The notes below the pieces were generated by a model. It was not told the DNA's origin. It worked only from the letters and a program-made list of their open reading frames with translations, and did not search any database. From NCBI GenBank assembly GCA_963815625.1, contig CAWFHG010000004.1:14667-78666 (forward strand): a stretch of 64,000 bases of DNA, written 5' to 3'. Both the position numbers and the translations under genes were made by a program. Positions 1 through 9,563 of this stretch are shown one piece after another; within the stretch, counting starts at the first letter, position 1, and the number at the start of each line of letters is the position of its first letter. This DNA comes from an uncultured Methanomicrobiales archaeon. Lineage in GTDB: Archaea > Halobacteriota > Methanomicrobia > Methanomicrobiales > Methanospirillaceae.

Positions 1-347
1 TCCCGGATTGTGACACCATGACCTCGTTAAAGGGAGTAATGGTACCCAATGCACCTGAATGTTTCAGCATAGGTTAAAAATCGGTGATACTCTCTCACTA
101 ATGATCTGACCTTCCGTTACAAATAATGATAAAAGTGCTTTTCCGATCTATCCCTGTATCGGGAACATCACCGGACTTTAATGAATTCTGCAACAATCCT
201 TTTTATCCTCTTAAACATAATAGAATACAGAAGTTTTTTCCAAAGAGGAAATGATGTTCATTGTGTTGCTAATAACACCACAATGTTAAATATCACTCCG
301 GGAAAATAATACTGGTATTTGTTACTATTTCAATAGGTGTAAATCTC

Positions 348-626
348 ATGAAAATGCCCGCCAAATTTAAGACCTACTGCCCATTTTGCAGGAATCATCA
401 GGAGCACGAGGTCGAGAAGGTAAAGAAGAGCAAGACGACCGGGCTCCACTGGATTGACCGGCAGAAGGCACGAAGAGGCCATGTCGGGAATATGGGGAAA
501 TTCTCAAAAGTACCCGGTGGGGATAAACCGACCAAGAAGATCAATGTCCGTTACCGGTGCAAGACCTGCGGAAAAGCACACCTTCGCCCGGGATACAGAA
601 TTGCGAAATTTGAACTGACGGAGTGA
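348..626 (+). CDS. rpl44e: 50S ribosomal protein L44e
   Basis: 92-aa basic ORF with two CxxC pairs (CPFC, CKTC). The [13 protein letters not shown] and [11 protein letters not shown] stretches are typical of L44e. It is the first gene of the conserved archaeal L44e-S27e-aIF2alpha-Nop10 string. Confidence 0.9.
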   Translation: MKMPAKFKTYCPFCRNHQEHEVEKVKKSKTTGLHWIDRQKARRGHVGNMGKFSKVPGGDKPTKKINVRYRCKTCGKAHLRPGYRIAKFELTE

Positions 627-634
627 GATTACAA

Positions 635-823
635 ATGGTACGTCAGCACAGGGAAAACAGGAGTACGTTTATCAAGGTCAAGTGCCCGGACTGCGAAAAT
701 GAGCAGCTGGTCTTTGACAAGGCATCCACGAAAGTGGACTGTGTCGTCTGCGGAAAAGTGCTCGCCGAGCCAACTGGTGGCAAGGCAGGCATCCAGGTTG
801 AAAAACTTGCAGAATACAAGTGA
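635..823 (+). CDS. rps27e: 30S ribosomal protein S27e
   Basis: Lies within ORF 623..823. The in-frame ATG at 635 gives MVRQH. CPDC...CVVC zinc ribbon followed by PTGGKA, as in S27e. Confidence 0.9.
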   Translation: MVRQHRENRSTFIKVKCPDCENEQLVFDKASTKVDCVVCGKVLAEPTGGKAGIQVEKLAEYK

Positions 824-832
824 GTGCCGTAT

Positions 833-1621
833 ATGAAAGGTGAAGAGTGGCCGGAGGAAGGGGATCTCGTCGTCTGCACGGTCCAGCATGTAAAGGACTT
901 CGTTGCATTCGTCTCACTCGATGAGTATAACGGACGCGAAGGTCTGATCCCAATCTCCGAGATCGCGACGGGGTGGATCAAGTACATCAGGGACCACATC
1001 AGGGAAGGCCAGAAGGTGGTCTGCAAGGTCCTCCACGTCGATACCGCCCGTGGCCATATCGACCTTTCATTAAAGGATGTTAACGAGCACCAGCGCAGGG
1101 AAACAATCAGGGAGTGGAAAAACGAGTCGAAGGCCAGCAAGTGGATCAGTTTTGCTGCTGAAGCTTCCGGCGGCTCTGCAGATGAAATTGAGTCTGCATT
1201 ATACAAAAAATACGGGGACCTGTATACTGCGTTCGAAGATATCGTCATGAACGGTGCAGGCGTAGTCGCGGAACTCGGGCTCCCGGGAACGACTGTCGAT
1301 GCACTGGTCGCCGTTGCCAGGGAGAACGTCAGGATCCCGAAAGTCACGGTTGCCGGAAATATTATCCTCACTTCCCCGAAGCCGGATGGCGTTAACATTA
1401 TCCGCCGGGCCCTCCGGAGTGCCGAACCAAAGATCCCGGACGTGGAGATAGAACTCACCTATATCGGTGCACCGGCCTACCGGATCAAGGTCACTGCCCC
1501 GGATTACAAGACCGCGGAGAAGGCAATCGAAAAGGCCGCAAGCGCTGCGATTGGCGTGGTCGAACGGGCTGGCGGCGAAGGCAAGTTCGTTAAGAAGCCA
1601 AAATCCGGTAAAAGTGCATGA
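833..1621 (+). CDS. eif2a: translation initiation factor aIF-2 alpha subunit
   Basis: N-terminal S1/OB domain (GDLVVCTVQHVKDFVAFVSLDEY...GLIPISE) followed by aIF2-alpha-like middle and C-terminal domains. ATG 833 is preferred over GTG 824. The stop overlaps the next start (ATGA at 1618-1621). Confidence 0.9.
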   Translation: MKGEEWPEEGDLVVCTVQHVKDFVAFVSLDEYNGREGLIPISEIATGWIKYIRDHIREGQKVVCKVLHVDTARGHIDLSLKDVNEHQRRETIREWKNESKASKWISFAAEASGGSADEIESALYKKYGDLYTAFEDIVMNGAGVVAELGLPGTTVDALVAVARENVRIPKVTVAGNIILTSPKPDGVNIIRRALRSAEPKIPDVEIELTYIGAPAYRIKVTAPDYKTAEKAIEKAASAAIGVVERAGGEGKFVKKPKSGKSA

Positions 1622-1767
1622 GCGGTCATATCAGGCGTTGCGACAAGGACAGGACCTATACTCTTAAAAACCAGTGTCCTGTCTGCGGTGACGCAACGAG
1701 GACCGCCCACCCGCCACGTTTTTCACCAGAAGACAGGTTTGGAAAATACCGGAGACTGGTTCAAAGA
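1618..1767 (+). CDS. nop10: H/ACA RNP protein Nop10 (reads through without a stop into the PAC2 ORF)
   Basis: MSGHIRRCDKDRTYTLKNQCPVCG...PPRFSPEDRFGKYRR is the Nop10 zinc ribbon plus C-terminal helix. There is no in-frame stop before the PAC2 ATG at 1768. A TAA in the +1 frame lies at 1778-1780. Confidence 0.75.
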
Positions 1768-2523
1768 ATGGAAGATATAACAATCCGCTTTCTTGATGAT
1801 TTTTCCGAAGATGAGGTGAAATCACCCATCCTTATTGAAGGATTACCCGGGATCGGGCATGTCGGGAAGCTGGTGGCCGAGCATATCATCCATGAGCTCG
1901 GTGCAAAAAAGATCGCACAGATCCATTCGATATATTTTCCTCCCCAGGTGATTATCGGGGAAGACAGTGTAATCCGACTCGCAAATAACGAAATTTTTTT
2001 CTACAAAGATGATTTGCACCAGATCCTCTTTCTGGTCGGTGATTTCCAGAGCACTTCAAACGAAGGGCATTACCTCCTTGCAGGCCAGTACCTGGAAATT
2101 GCAGAAAAATTGGGTGTCCGCCGGATCTATACCCTCGGCGGTTTCGGGGTTGGCCACCTCGTGGATGAGCCCCGTGTGCTCGGAGCGGTAAACCGGGCTG
2201 AGTTAAAAGAAGAAGCAGCAGAGGCCGGAGCGGTCTTTGACAACGGTGAACCTGCAGGCGGAATTATCGGCGCAGCAGGGCTTCTCCTTGGCCTGAGTGC
2301 ACACCGTAATATCGATGGGATCTGCCTGATGGGAGAGACTTCCGGGTACCTCGTTGATCCCAAGAGTGCTACGAACCTGCTGAAAGTCCTCTCATCCCTT
2401 ATCGGTATCGATATCGATGCAACGACACTCGTTGAACGGGGAGTAGAAATGGAACGGATGGTCCAGAAACTTATCGAAGGCGAACAGGGCATTCAGGACG
2501 AGGAATTGCGATATATCGTTTAA
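1768..2523 (+). CDS. PAC2 (proteasome assembly chaperone-like, DUF75/COG1938) family protein
   Basis: ILIEGLPGIGHVGKLVAEHIIHELGAKKIAQIHSIYFPPQV is typical of archaeal PAC2/Pba-type proteins. It holds the usual position after nop10 in this conserved gene string. Confidence 0.75.
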   Translation: MEDITIRFLDDFSEDEVKSPILIEGLPGIGHVGKLVAEHIIHELGAKKIAQIHSIYFPPQVIIGEDSVIRLANNEIFFYKDDLHQILFLVGDFQSTSNEGHYLLAGQYLEIAEKLGVRRIYTLGGFGVGHLVDEPRVLGAVNRAELKEEAAEAGAVFDNGEPAGGIIGAAGLLLGLSAHRNIDGICLMGETSGYLVDPKSATNLLKVLSSLIGIDIDATTLVERGVEMERMVQKLIEGEQGIQDEELRYIV

Positions 2524-2633
2524 AGTGGTCCGGGGACCTGGGATATGAACTTCTACCGGATCAAAAAAAATACCCCGGTCAGGACTTCTCTTCAAGAAAA
2601 GGTATTTCGGATTTTGGACATTTATCCAGACTC

Positions 2634-2642
2634 TTTTTTTTT
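2634..2642 (+). terminator. oligo-T run (T9) downstream of the PAC2 gene
   Basis: Uninterrupted T9 about 110 nt after the stop at 2523. Archaeal RNA polymerase terminates at oligo-T tracts. Confidence 0.3.
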
Positions 2643-2837
2643 AATTGATTATTCAGACAGATTCAGACTCTGCAATTCCCTGAAATTTCGGGGTGCATAT
2701 TCAGGATGACCCCGGGTCCAAAACAGGTATTGGAATGGGGCATAGTGGTCATAGTGGTTTGAGTTAAACCTCCATTTAGATGGCCACCCTTTATTTATTA
2801 GAAAAATAGTTCGAAAAGAGGATATGCCCCCGGGTAC

Positions 2838-3860
2838 CTATGCACTGATCCTGCCTGCGATCTGTCCCTGTGCATTGTAAAGCGAAGCGGTATCACCCTG
2901 CGGGTTCCAGAAATCCGTGCCCTGCGGATAATAGAGTTCATTTACCGAAACCATCCCTTCCTTCCCGAAATACACTGTCAGGGTTGAATACGGGTTAAGC
3001 ACGTAGGTGAAGGATGATCCGCCGCCCAGCGGGAAATCGATAAAGGTAAGGGCATCTCCCCGGCTATTCGTTATCTTCCATCCTGTCATGACCACCGGTG
3101 TTGTTCCCGTATTCGTTATCCTCACATACTTTCCCTGCAGGTTCAGTTCTGTTAACGCTATGGCGTTTGAACCCGAAACGTCACTGCCTGTTGTAGGTGT
3201 CACGGTGGGGACTGTCGGTGTTGTAGATGGTATATAATAAGGAGTGGCAGGTATAGTTGGTTTTTGCGTAGCGAAACGGTCGCTGTATGAAGGCACGGGC
3301 AAAAATGTAACAGGGGTTGTCACTTCTCCTCCCGGCGCCGGTGAAAAGGTCGGAATTACCGTCGGCATTCCTGAAGGTATATAATATGGCGTTGGTGGTA
3401 CGGTAATCGGGTTATCTACCGGAAGGACCGGCTGTGTTGTCGGAAGTGGTGTTATCGGAATGGTGGGGATTACCGGGACATAGCCATTGGTGCTATAACT
3501 TTTAAAGAGTCTGATCCGGTCTGCCTGGCTGAGAGTCGTTGGGTACGTGGCAGTTTGTTGCTTTGCAATCATCTTGCCCCATGCGATAATCTGGTCCTGT
3601 GAAGCGGGAGTGAACCACGCAGTATCATCCGATGGCACGTAAGAAGGTGTTGGTACAGTCCCTGTGTCACCAGGCACGGTCCAGAGATCCTGCGAAGACC
3701 CATGAAGCCATTCCAGGATCTCGTCGAGCGAATCCGGCCTTAACCAGGAACTATCATCACTTGCACAGACCGGCACAACTAACAGACCAAAAAGGAGGAT
3801 ACCGAAGATCAGGCCAATACGGGCCCTTGTAATCATTTTCATTTTAAAACCTCGTGTCAT
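2838..3860 (-). CDS. secreted Pro/Thr-rich protein with C-terminal lamin-tail domain (LTD)
   Basis: N-terminal signal/TM segment (ARIGLIFGILLFGLLVVPVCA), internal duplicated motifs and a P/T-rich linker. The C-terminal roughly 110 aa (LTELNLQGKYVRITNTGTTPVVMTGWKITNSRGDALTF...GDTASLYNAQGQ) follows the LTD pattern. Confidence 0.7.
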   Translation of the reverse strand: MTRGFKMKMITRARIGLIFGILLFGLLVVPVCASDDSSWLRPDSLDEILEWLHGSSQDLWTVPGDTGTVPTPSYVPSDDTAWFTPASQDQIIAWGKMIAKQQTATYPTTLSQADRIRLFKSYSTNGYVPVIPTIPITPLPTTQPVLPVDNPITVPPTPYYIPSGMPTVIPTFSPAPGGEVTTPVTFLPVPSYSDRFATQKPTIPATPYYIPSTTPTVPTVTPTTGSDVSGSNAIALTELNLQGKYVRITNTGTTPVVMTGWKITNSRGDALTFIDFPLGGGSSFTYVLNPYSTLTVYFGKEGMVSVNELYYPQGTDFWNPQGDTASLYNAQGQIAGRISA

Positions 3861-4102
3861 TTCATGAAATACCTGATTATTGACATTAATTTTCGATAGT
3901 AACCTCTGGGTAGCGGTACTACTAAAAACCTCTTAACATGGCAGTATTTCAACCTGAAACAATAAAAATTGGGGCAAGGCATAATTATATATACCAAATA
4001 TCTAAAAAAAAAGAAAAATCAATACAGAGTCCGTACGAATTAATCAAGGCCGATCCGGTACTGTTATGAGCCTTAATGTTCTGGCAGGTATCAATCTGTA
4101 TT

Positions 4103-5248
4103 ATGCAGGTGAATGCAGACCTCCACATCCATTCCTGTTTTTCAATGGCCACTTCGCCGGGGATGGTTCCCGGGAACCTCATCGGGGCCTGCGTGACAAA
4201 AGGGATTACCGTCCTTGGCAGTGGCGATGCACTTCATCCTGGATGGCAGCTCCTCTGGAAAGACTATCTTGACAACGACGCCGGGATCCTTGTCATCCCT
4301 ACCGCCGAAGTTGAGGACCTGGACAGGGTTCACCACCTGATTATGATGCCGGATTTTTCAGGATTTTCGGAGCTCCGCTCATCGCTCCTCCCGTTCAGCA
4401 AAGATATCGTTACCGGGGGCAGACCTCACATACGACTCGCCGGCAGCCGGATTGCAGAACTGGTCCACGATCTCGGGGGCATGATCGGTCCGGCACATGC
4501 ATTCACCCCGTGGACCTCGCTTTTCGCATATTTTGACCACCCTGGCGAGTGTTATGGTACGGAAAAAGTGGACTTCCTTGAACTCGGCCTGTCAGCCGAC
4601 AATTCCTACGGAGCGGCAATCCCCGACCTGTATGATATTCCTTTTATCACAAATTCCGATGCACACAGCCCCGACCCGGCAAAATGCGGGCGGGAGTTCA
4701 CAAGGTTGTCCCTGAAAAAAAAGACCATCGGGGGTGTGCTCTCGGCAATAAAAGGCGGCAATATCGGGATGAATGTCGGGTTTTTTCCGGAGGAAGGTAA
4801 ATACAACCGCACTGCCTGCACCCGGTGCTATGAGCAGTATACTTTGGAGCAGGCTGAAGAGTTCCACTGGCGATGCCCGAAGGATAAGGGATTGATCAAG
4901 AAGGGGGTACGGGACAGGGCGGAAGAACTCTCCATCGGGACTCCGGTAAAACGGCCACCCTACCTCCACATGCTGCCGCTCGGTGAGATAATAAGAAATG
5001 TCCACGGTACCTCGTCAACAACCACAAAAAAAGGTCTTCGGATCTACAACCAGCTGATTTCAATATTCGGCAACGAAATTGCAATCCTCACTTCTGTTCC
5101 GGTACCTGATATCAGGGAGTATGACAACAGGATAGCCGATGCGATCGATGCATTCCGTGAAAGCCGGATTTCATTCAACCCTGGTGGGGGCGGGCGTTAT
5201 GGGACGTTTACACTCCACGCCCCGGAGCATGACCGGGTAAATCCCTGA
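4103..5248 (+). CDS. endonuclease Q (PHP-domain, TIGR00375 family)
   Basis: ADLHIHS start, GPAHAFTPWTS, FLELGLSAD, NSDAHSP, zinc-finger segment CTRCYEQYTLEQAEEFHWRCPKDKGLIKKGVRDR, and NPGGGGRYG near the C-terminus. These are all hallmarks I recognise from Pyrococcus EndoQ. ATG 4103 is chosen inside ORF 4076..5248. Confidence 0.8.
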   Translation: MQVNADLHIHSCFSMATSPGMVPGNLIGACVTKGITVLGSGDALHPGWQLLWKDYLDNDAGILVIPTAEVEDLDRVHHLIMMPDFSGFSELRSSLLPFSKDIVTGGRPHIRLAGSRIAELVHDLGGMIGPAHAFTPWTSLFAYFDHPGECYGTEKVDFLELGLSADNSYGAAIPDLYDIPFITNSDAHSPDPAKCGREFTRLSLKKKTIGGVLSAIKGGNIGMNVGFFPEEGKYNRTACTRCYEQYTLEQAEEFHWRCPKDKGLIKKGVRDRAEELSIGTPVKRPPYLHMLPLGEIIRNVHGTSSTTTKKGLRIYNQLISIFGNEIAILTSVPVPDIREYDNRIADAIDAFRESRISFNPGGGGRYGTFTLHAPEHDRVNP

Positions 5249-5350
5249 AACCGGTACCGGGATACCAGGGGGTTTACGGAAAATTAACCTTCGAGGGTGG
5301 TCCATGTTCGTGGGTAACTATTATTGGAGCTGCAGGACAATTTGATCAGG

Positions 5351-5525
5351 ATGTTGAAGGTTCACCGGGATATTTGTGGCTACTGCGGTTGCTGCGTATC
5401 GGTCTGCAAAGAGGGGGCGCTTGAACTGATTGACGCGTACCTCGAAGTTGGACCTGGATTGCACGGACTGCGGTGTCTGTGCGAAGGCATGTCCGGTCGG
5501 GGCGCTGGAGGTCGAACGCGAATGA
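5351..5525 (+). CDS. 2x[4Fe-4S] ferredoxin (frameshift near 5449)
   Basis: First cluster motif [11 protein letters not shown] is in the ORF 5324 frame. The second motif [12 protein letters not shown]...ALEVERE-stop appears only in another frame after an extra G at GAAGTTgGACCTG. The stop TGA at 5523-5525 overlaps the ATG of the next gene. Confidence 0.7.
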
Positions 5526-6717
5526 AGAAGCATTACGACCTCCTGATGATCGGGGGAGGGCCGGCGGGCGCAATTGCCGCGAGGACTGCTGCAAAGGCAG
5601 GACTTTCTGCCTGTATCGTTGAGAAACGACCGGCAATCGGGGCTCCCGTGAGGTGTGCCGAAGGAATCGGCATGGAAAGCCTGCAGAATTTGTCGAACCC
5701 AACCCCTGTTTCATCTCCGCCGAGATGCAGCGGGCTGCCCTCGTTGCACCAGACGGCACGACGATGATGCTTGACTCGCAGTCGGCAGGCGGAAAAGTCG
5801 GTTATGTCCTTGACAGGAAGGTCTTTGACCGCGAACTTGTCTGGCAGGCCGCCGAAGCCGGTGCAGACGTGGCAGTCAAGACACGGGCAAGTGCACCGAT
5901 AATGAATGACGGAAAAGTCTGCGGTGCGACACTGGAATGCGGCGGGACAAAGACCGATGTAATGGCTGACGTCGTCGTTGCAGCGGATGGCGTGGAGTCG
6001 AAATTCTCAAAATGGTGCGGAATCGACACGACAGTGCCGCTCAGGGAGATCATGTCATCGGCACAGTACATCGTGACCGATATCGATATCGATCCTCATT
6101 GCACGGTATTCTGCCTCGGAAATAACGTGGCCCCCCAGGGATACCTCTGGGTATTCCCGAAAGGTGACCGCACGGCAAACGTCGGTATCGGGATCAGCGG
6201 GATAAAAAGTGGGAACGGTCACCGGGCAAAGGACTATCTTGACAATTATATCGCCTCAAAGTTTCCCAACGGAAAGACCATCGAGTGGATTGTCGGGGGA
6301 GTATCGGTATGCAGGCCGCTTGCCTGTACGGTTGCGGATGGCCTTATCATCGCGGGTGATGCGGCACGTGTTGTTGACCCGCTTACAGGGGGTGGCATCT
6401 ACAATGCCATGTACACCGGCGACCTTGCAGCCAAGGTTGCAATCGACGCGATTGAAAAGGGGGACACCAGCAAAGCAGCCCTCATGCCCTACGACACGCA
6501 GTGGCGGGAATCGAATATGGGAAAGACCATCGAGAGGAACTACCATATCAAGGAATACATGATCGGCCTGACGGATGCGAAACTGAACGCGATCATCCAG
6601 ACTGCCACATCTATCAACTTAAAAGAGTTCTCAACACTCCAGCTGGTAAAAGAGCTGATCAAGAGGGACCCGAAACTCATATTCGAACTTGCGATTTTAA
6701 AAGACCTCATAAAATAA
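5522..6717 (+). CDS. geranylgeranyl reductase family flavoprotein (digeranylgeranylglycerophospholipid reductase-like; frameshift near 5683)
   Basis: FAD-binding N-terminus [24 protein letters not shown] and RCAEGIG lie in one frame. The continuation [25 protein letters not shown]...[18 protein letters not shown]...[15 protein letters not shown] lies in ORF 5653..6717. Confidence 0.8.
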
Positions 6718-6948
6718 TTTTCCTTTTCTTCGGATTCAGCCAATAGGATTACTTTCCAGGCTTTTAGAACACGGGATTATCATCCTGCCATACTGTACGA
6801 TCCTTCTCATGCCAGTTCCTGCCACCGAAACCACCTAAAATAAATAACATCATATCAGTAATCATGGATTTGATGAAGAAATGGGGCATTATCCTTAAGG
6901 CTTTGGTCATTGTCCTCGTTCTCCTCGGGGTGAGGACTTCTGATTATT

Positions 6949-7644
6949 ATGGCCGGGTATGATACGGTGCCGATCAACCCGGTCGTGGGTGCTTTTATCA
7001 CGGGGGCGATATTCACTATTGCCGTAATTTTTACCGGAACATTCACCGATTTCAAAGAAAGCGAGAAAATTGCTGGCGAAATGGCTTCAGCACTCAAGGC
7101 AATTTATAATGATGCGATCGTCATCCCTCTCGCTGACGAGACCCCCCTCGTGACCATGAGGAGTCACATCCGGGCACTCTTAAACACGATCAATGCATCC
7201 TTCATGGAAAACAAATTCAACTCCCGTGCAATCAACCATGCGATGGACATTGTAACGGATGATATCAGGGTACTGGGCAAATTAAACGTGGCCCCCCCGA
7301 CTCTGGCGAAACTCAGGGTCGAGCTGGGTGCCCTTGACAAACTTGTCAACCGTGTCGATGTGATTACCAGGACTGAATTTATTCCGGCAGCCTATGCAGT
7401 AGCCGAGATTGCAACTGCGGCCGTGATCCTCGTGATGCTCTTTATCAAAAATGACCCCTATCTCGAGGGGTCGGTAATATTTGTGTTTCTCAGCCTGATG
7501 CTCATTGCCCTGGTCCTCCTGATCAAAGACATGGACAACCCCTTTGAATTCCACCAGGGAACGAGTGCCGATGTTGATGTTGAAACACTTCTTAAACTCG
7601 GGACATACTTCGAGGAGAGAGAAGCGAATCTTCTGAAGGATTGA
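6949..7644 (+). CDS. integral membrane protein, possibly bestrophin/DUF4239-like
   Basis: TM segments at both ends and a DNPFEF motif near the C-terminus that recalls the ENPFG motif of bestrophin-like channels. An upstream TM-encoding ORF starting at ATG 6864 in another frame may be the true N-terminus, which would imply a frameshift near 6935-6949. Confidence 0.45.
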   Translation: MAGYDTVPINPVVGAFITGAIFTIAVIFTGTFTDFKESEKIAGEMASALKAIYNDAIVIPLADETPLVTMRSHIRALLNTINASFMENKFNSRAINHAMDIVTDDIRVLGKLNVAPPTLAKLRVELGALDKLVNRVDVITRTEFIPAAYAVAEIATAAVILVMLFIKNDPYLEGSVIFVFLSLMLIALVLLIKDMDNPFEFHQGTSADVDVETLLKLGTYFEEREANLLKD

Positions 7645-7851
7645 AAACTAACCTCCCCCGCCACGTTACCGGACCGATAAACCCACCCTGGTTTTAGCAA
7701 ACCCGAAACCGGGACCTGGAAGTTATTTTTATCGTAAGTGGTAGTGCCCGGGACCGGGATGGTCGGCAGCCCATAAGACACGGGCGATTTCCCGGCCGAT
7801 CATTCATGCCGGTCGATGTACCTAAAATAGAAGGCCCGGTCATTATTGATT

Positions 7852-8313
7852 ATGCAAGGTTACCTGGTACTCTTTTGCCTCCTGTTGGTGACGGCCCTTC
7901 TTTTAAGTGGCTGCGGGCTGCTTATTAAAGACCCGAAGATTGACGTAAAAAATGTTGCTTTGCAATCCCTCGACCTTTCCAACATCGGCCTGCTGGTAAC
8001 GCTGAGTATTGACAACCCGAATCTGCTCGGAATCAATCTTAAGTCGATAAATTTTGACATATACTATCAGGCGGGAAGCGAATGGGTTTTCATTTCGCAT
8101 GGCGAGGGAGGAGGTCTCAATGTTAAACCAGGGATGAATGAAGTGACCATTCCGGTAAATATTAAGACTTCCGCAATTCCGGGTGCCGTTCTCGCTACAC
8201 TTGCCCGTGGCGAGATCACCCTCAGGGTCAATGGTACGGCATCACCGGATTTCTTCGGTATTTCCCCGCAAATCCCGTTCTCGAAGGTTACTACCATCCC
8301 TATGAAACTATGA
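7852..8313 (+). CDS. LEA_2 / NDR1-HIN1-like (water-stress and hypersensitive-response domain) lipoprotein
   Basis: Signal peptide ending in lipobox-like LLSGC. An all-beta domain follows, with VKNVALQSLDLSNIGLLVTLSIDNPN...INFDIYY, typical of LEA type 2 proteins. Confidence 0.7.
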   Translation: MQGYLVLFCLLLVTALLLSGCGLLIKDPKIDVKNVALQSLDLSNIGLLVTLSIDNPNLLGINLKSINFDIYYQAGSEWVFISHGEGGGLNVKPGMNEVTIPVNIKTSAIPGAVLATLARGEITLRVNGTASPDFFGISPQIPFSKVTTIPMKL

Positions 8314-8566
8314 GGTAACACCAGGAAACAAAAGGCTAAAAAACTGGTACATTCACTTTTTTAAAATACAAACTGCCGGTTTTTTTCCAAAGGACAGAAC
8401 AATCTTCCGCAGGTAACTGGCTACCAGATCCTGGTTTATGTCGTCTTTTATCCAGGATATACGACACCCTGCCAGGTATTTCCGGTATTATCCGCCGTTC
8501 GGGTCAGAGGGGGAGTTTGTAGAAATTTCAAGTAGGTTAATATTTGATCTGCCGAAATATGTACCA

Positions 8567-8746
8567 ATGACAACGCACCACTCGCCAAAGGAATCAGAAA
8601 CACCCTCTCACCTTGAAGAAGAATATTCGGAAAGGAACGAGGTCACGCCGTCAGGAATAAGCTCCAGGAACCAGGCAAAAATTGCAGCGGTCATCCTTGT
8701 CATCATGGTCACGACGACCGGAATGATTTTCTTCGGGCTTATCTGA
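8567..8746 (+). CDS. small tail-anchored membrane protein (hypothetical)
   Basis: Internal ATG of ORF 8438..8746, preceded by the TATA-like TTAATATTT about 25-30 nt upstream. Acidic N-terminus and one C-terminal TM helix. Confidence 0.25.
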   Translation: MTTHHSPKESETPSHLEEEYSERNEVTPSGISSRNQAKIAAVILVIMVTTTGMIFFGLI

Positions 8747-8852
8747 GTACCGGATACAATCTTTTTTTTACCTGGGTTCTGCGGATCCAACCTCGGTACA
8801 TGGATGGGGATTACACCATGCCAGTATTCAAATATCTTGCTCCGGGTACCAA

Positions 8853-9501
8853 ATGAGTATGTTCTGCGGGGTGGACGAAGCAGGCAAGGGGGCAGTGCTC
8901 GGCCCGATGGTCGTCGCAGCAGTGGCCACGGATCACGAAGATCTCCTCCCCGGTATCGGTATTAAAGACTCGAAGCAACTGTCACCGGAGAAGCGGACCT
9001 TATTCTATGAAGAGATCGCCGGCACCTGTTCCGTCGCACTGCGGGTGGTGAGCGCAGCGGAGATCGATTCAGGCAGAAAGTCCATGACCATGAACGTAAT
9101 GCTCGCCCGACTGCATGCGGCTGTTATAACAGACCTCGTACCCGACTTTGCATACGTCGACGCATGTGATGTTATCGCGGAGACGGTACGGTCACATGGT
9201 AACGAATTTCCTGGGTTGTCAATGCCATGTCAGGGCGGAACACCATGCCGACGAATCATTCCCGCTCGTATCGGCCGCAAGTATCGTTGCAAAAGTGATA
9301 CGGGACAGGGAAATTGAGGCACTTGCTACAAAATACGGCGATATCGGAAGCGGTTACCCGTCTGACCAGCGAACCGTCGACTACCTTTCCGAAGTAATCA
9401 GACGTTCAGGAAAACCACCTGTGTTTGCCAGGTCCAGCTGGAAAACGGTGGAGAAGATGATCTCGGAGAAAGAACAGGCGAGCATTCTGGATTTCTCCTG
9501 A
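8853..9501 (+). CDS. rnhB: ribonuclease HII (frameshift near 9176-9186)
   Basis: GVDEAGKGAVLGPMVV and DSKQLSPEKR lie in ORF 8853. AEHHADESFPLVSAASIVAKVIRDREI...GSGYPSD lies in the overlapping ORF 9148..9501. Together they make a complete RNase HII. Confidence 0.85.
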
Positions 9502-9563
9502 TTATCCCGGGGGAACATCCCCGAAGGCAACCTTCCACATCATTATGTAGCTCGCCATTCCAT

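Noticed and set aside
643-1458. 271-aa ORF on the minus strand opposite aIF2alpha. Similar long antisense ORFs occur at 14052-15128, 25490-26371, 35483-36274, 40250-40819, 42620-43255, 49813-50832 and 59091-59690.
   Set aside because: Each lies entirely antisense to a gene with a clear family signature. Their compositions are low-complexity and rich in Ser, Pro, Arg and Thr, with no recognisable motifs. These are shadow ORFs typical of moderately GC-rich coding DNA.
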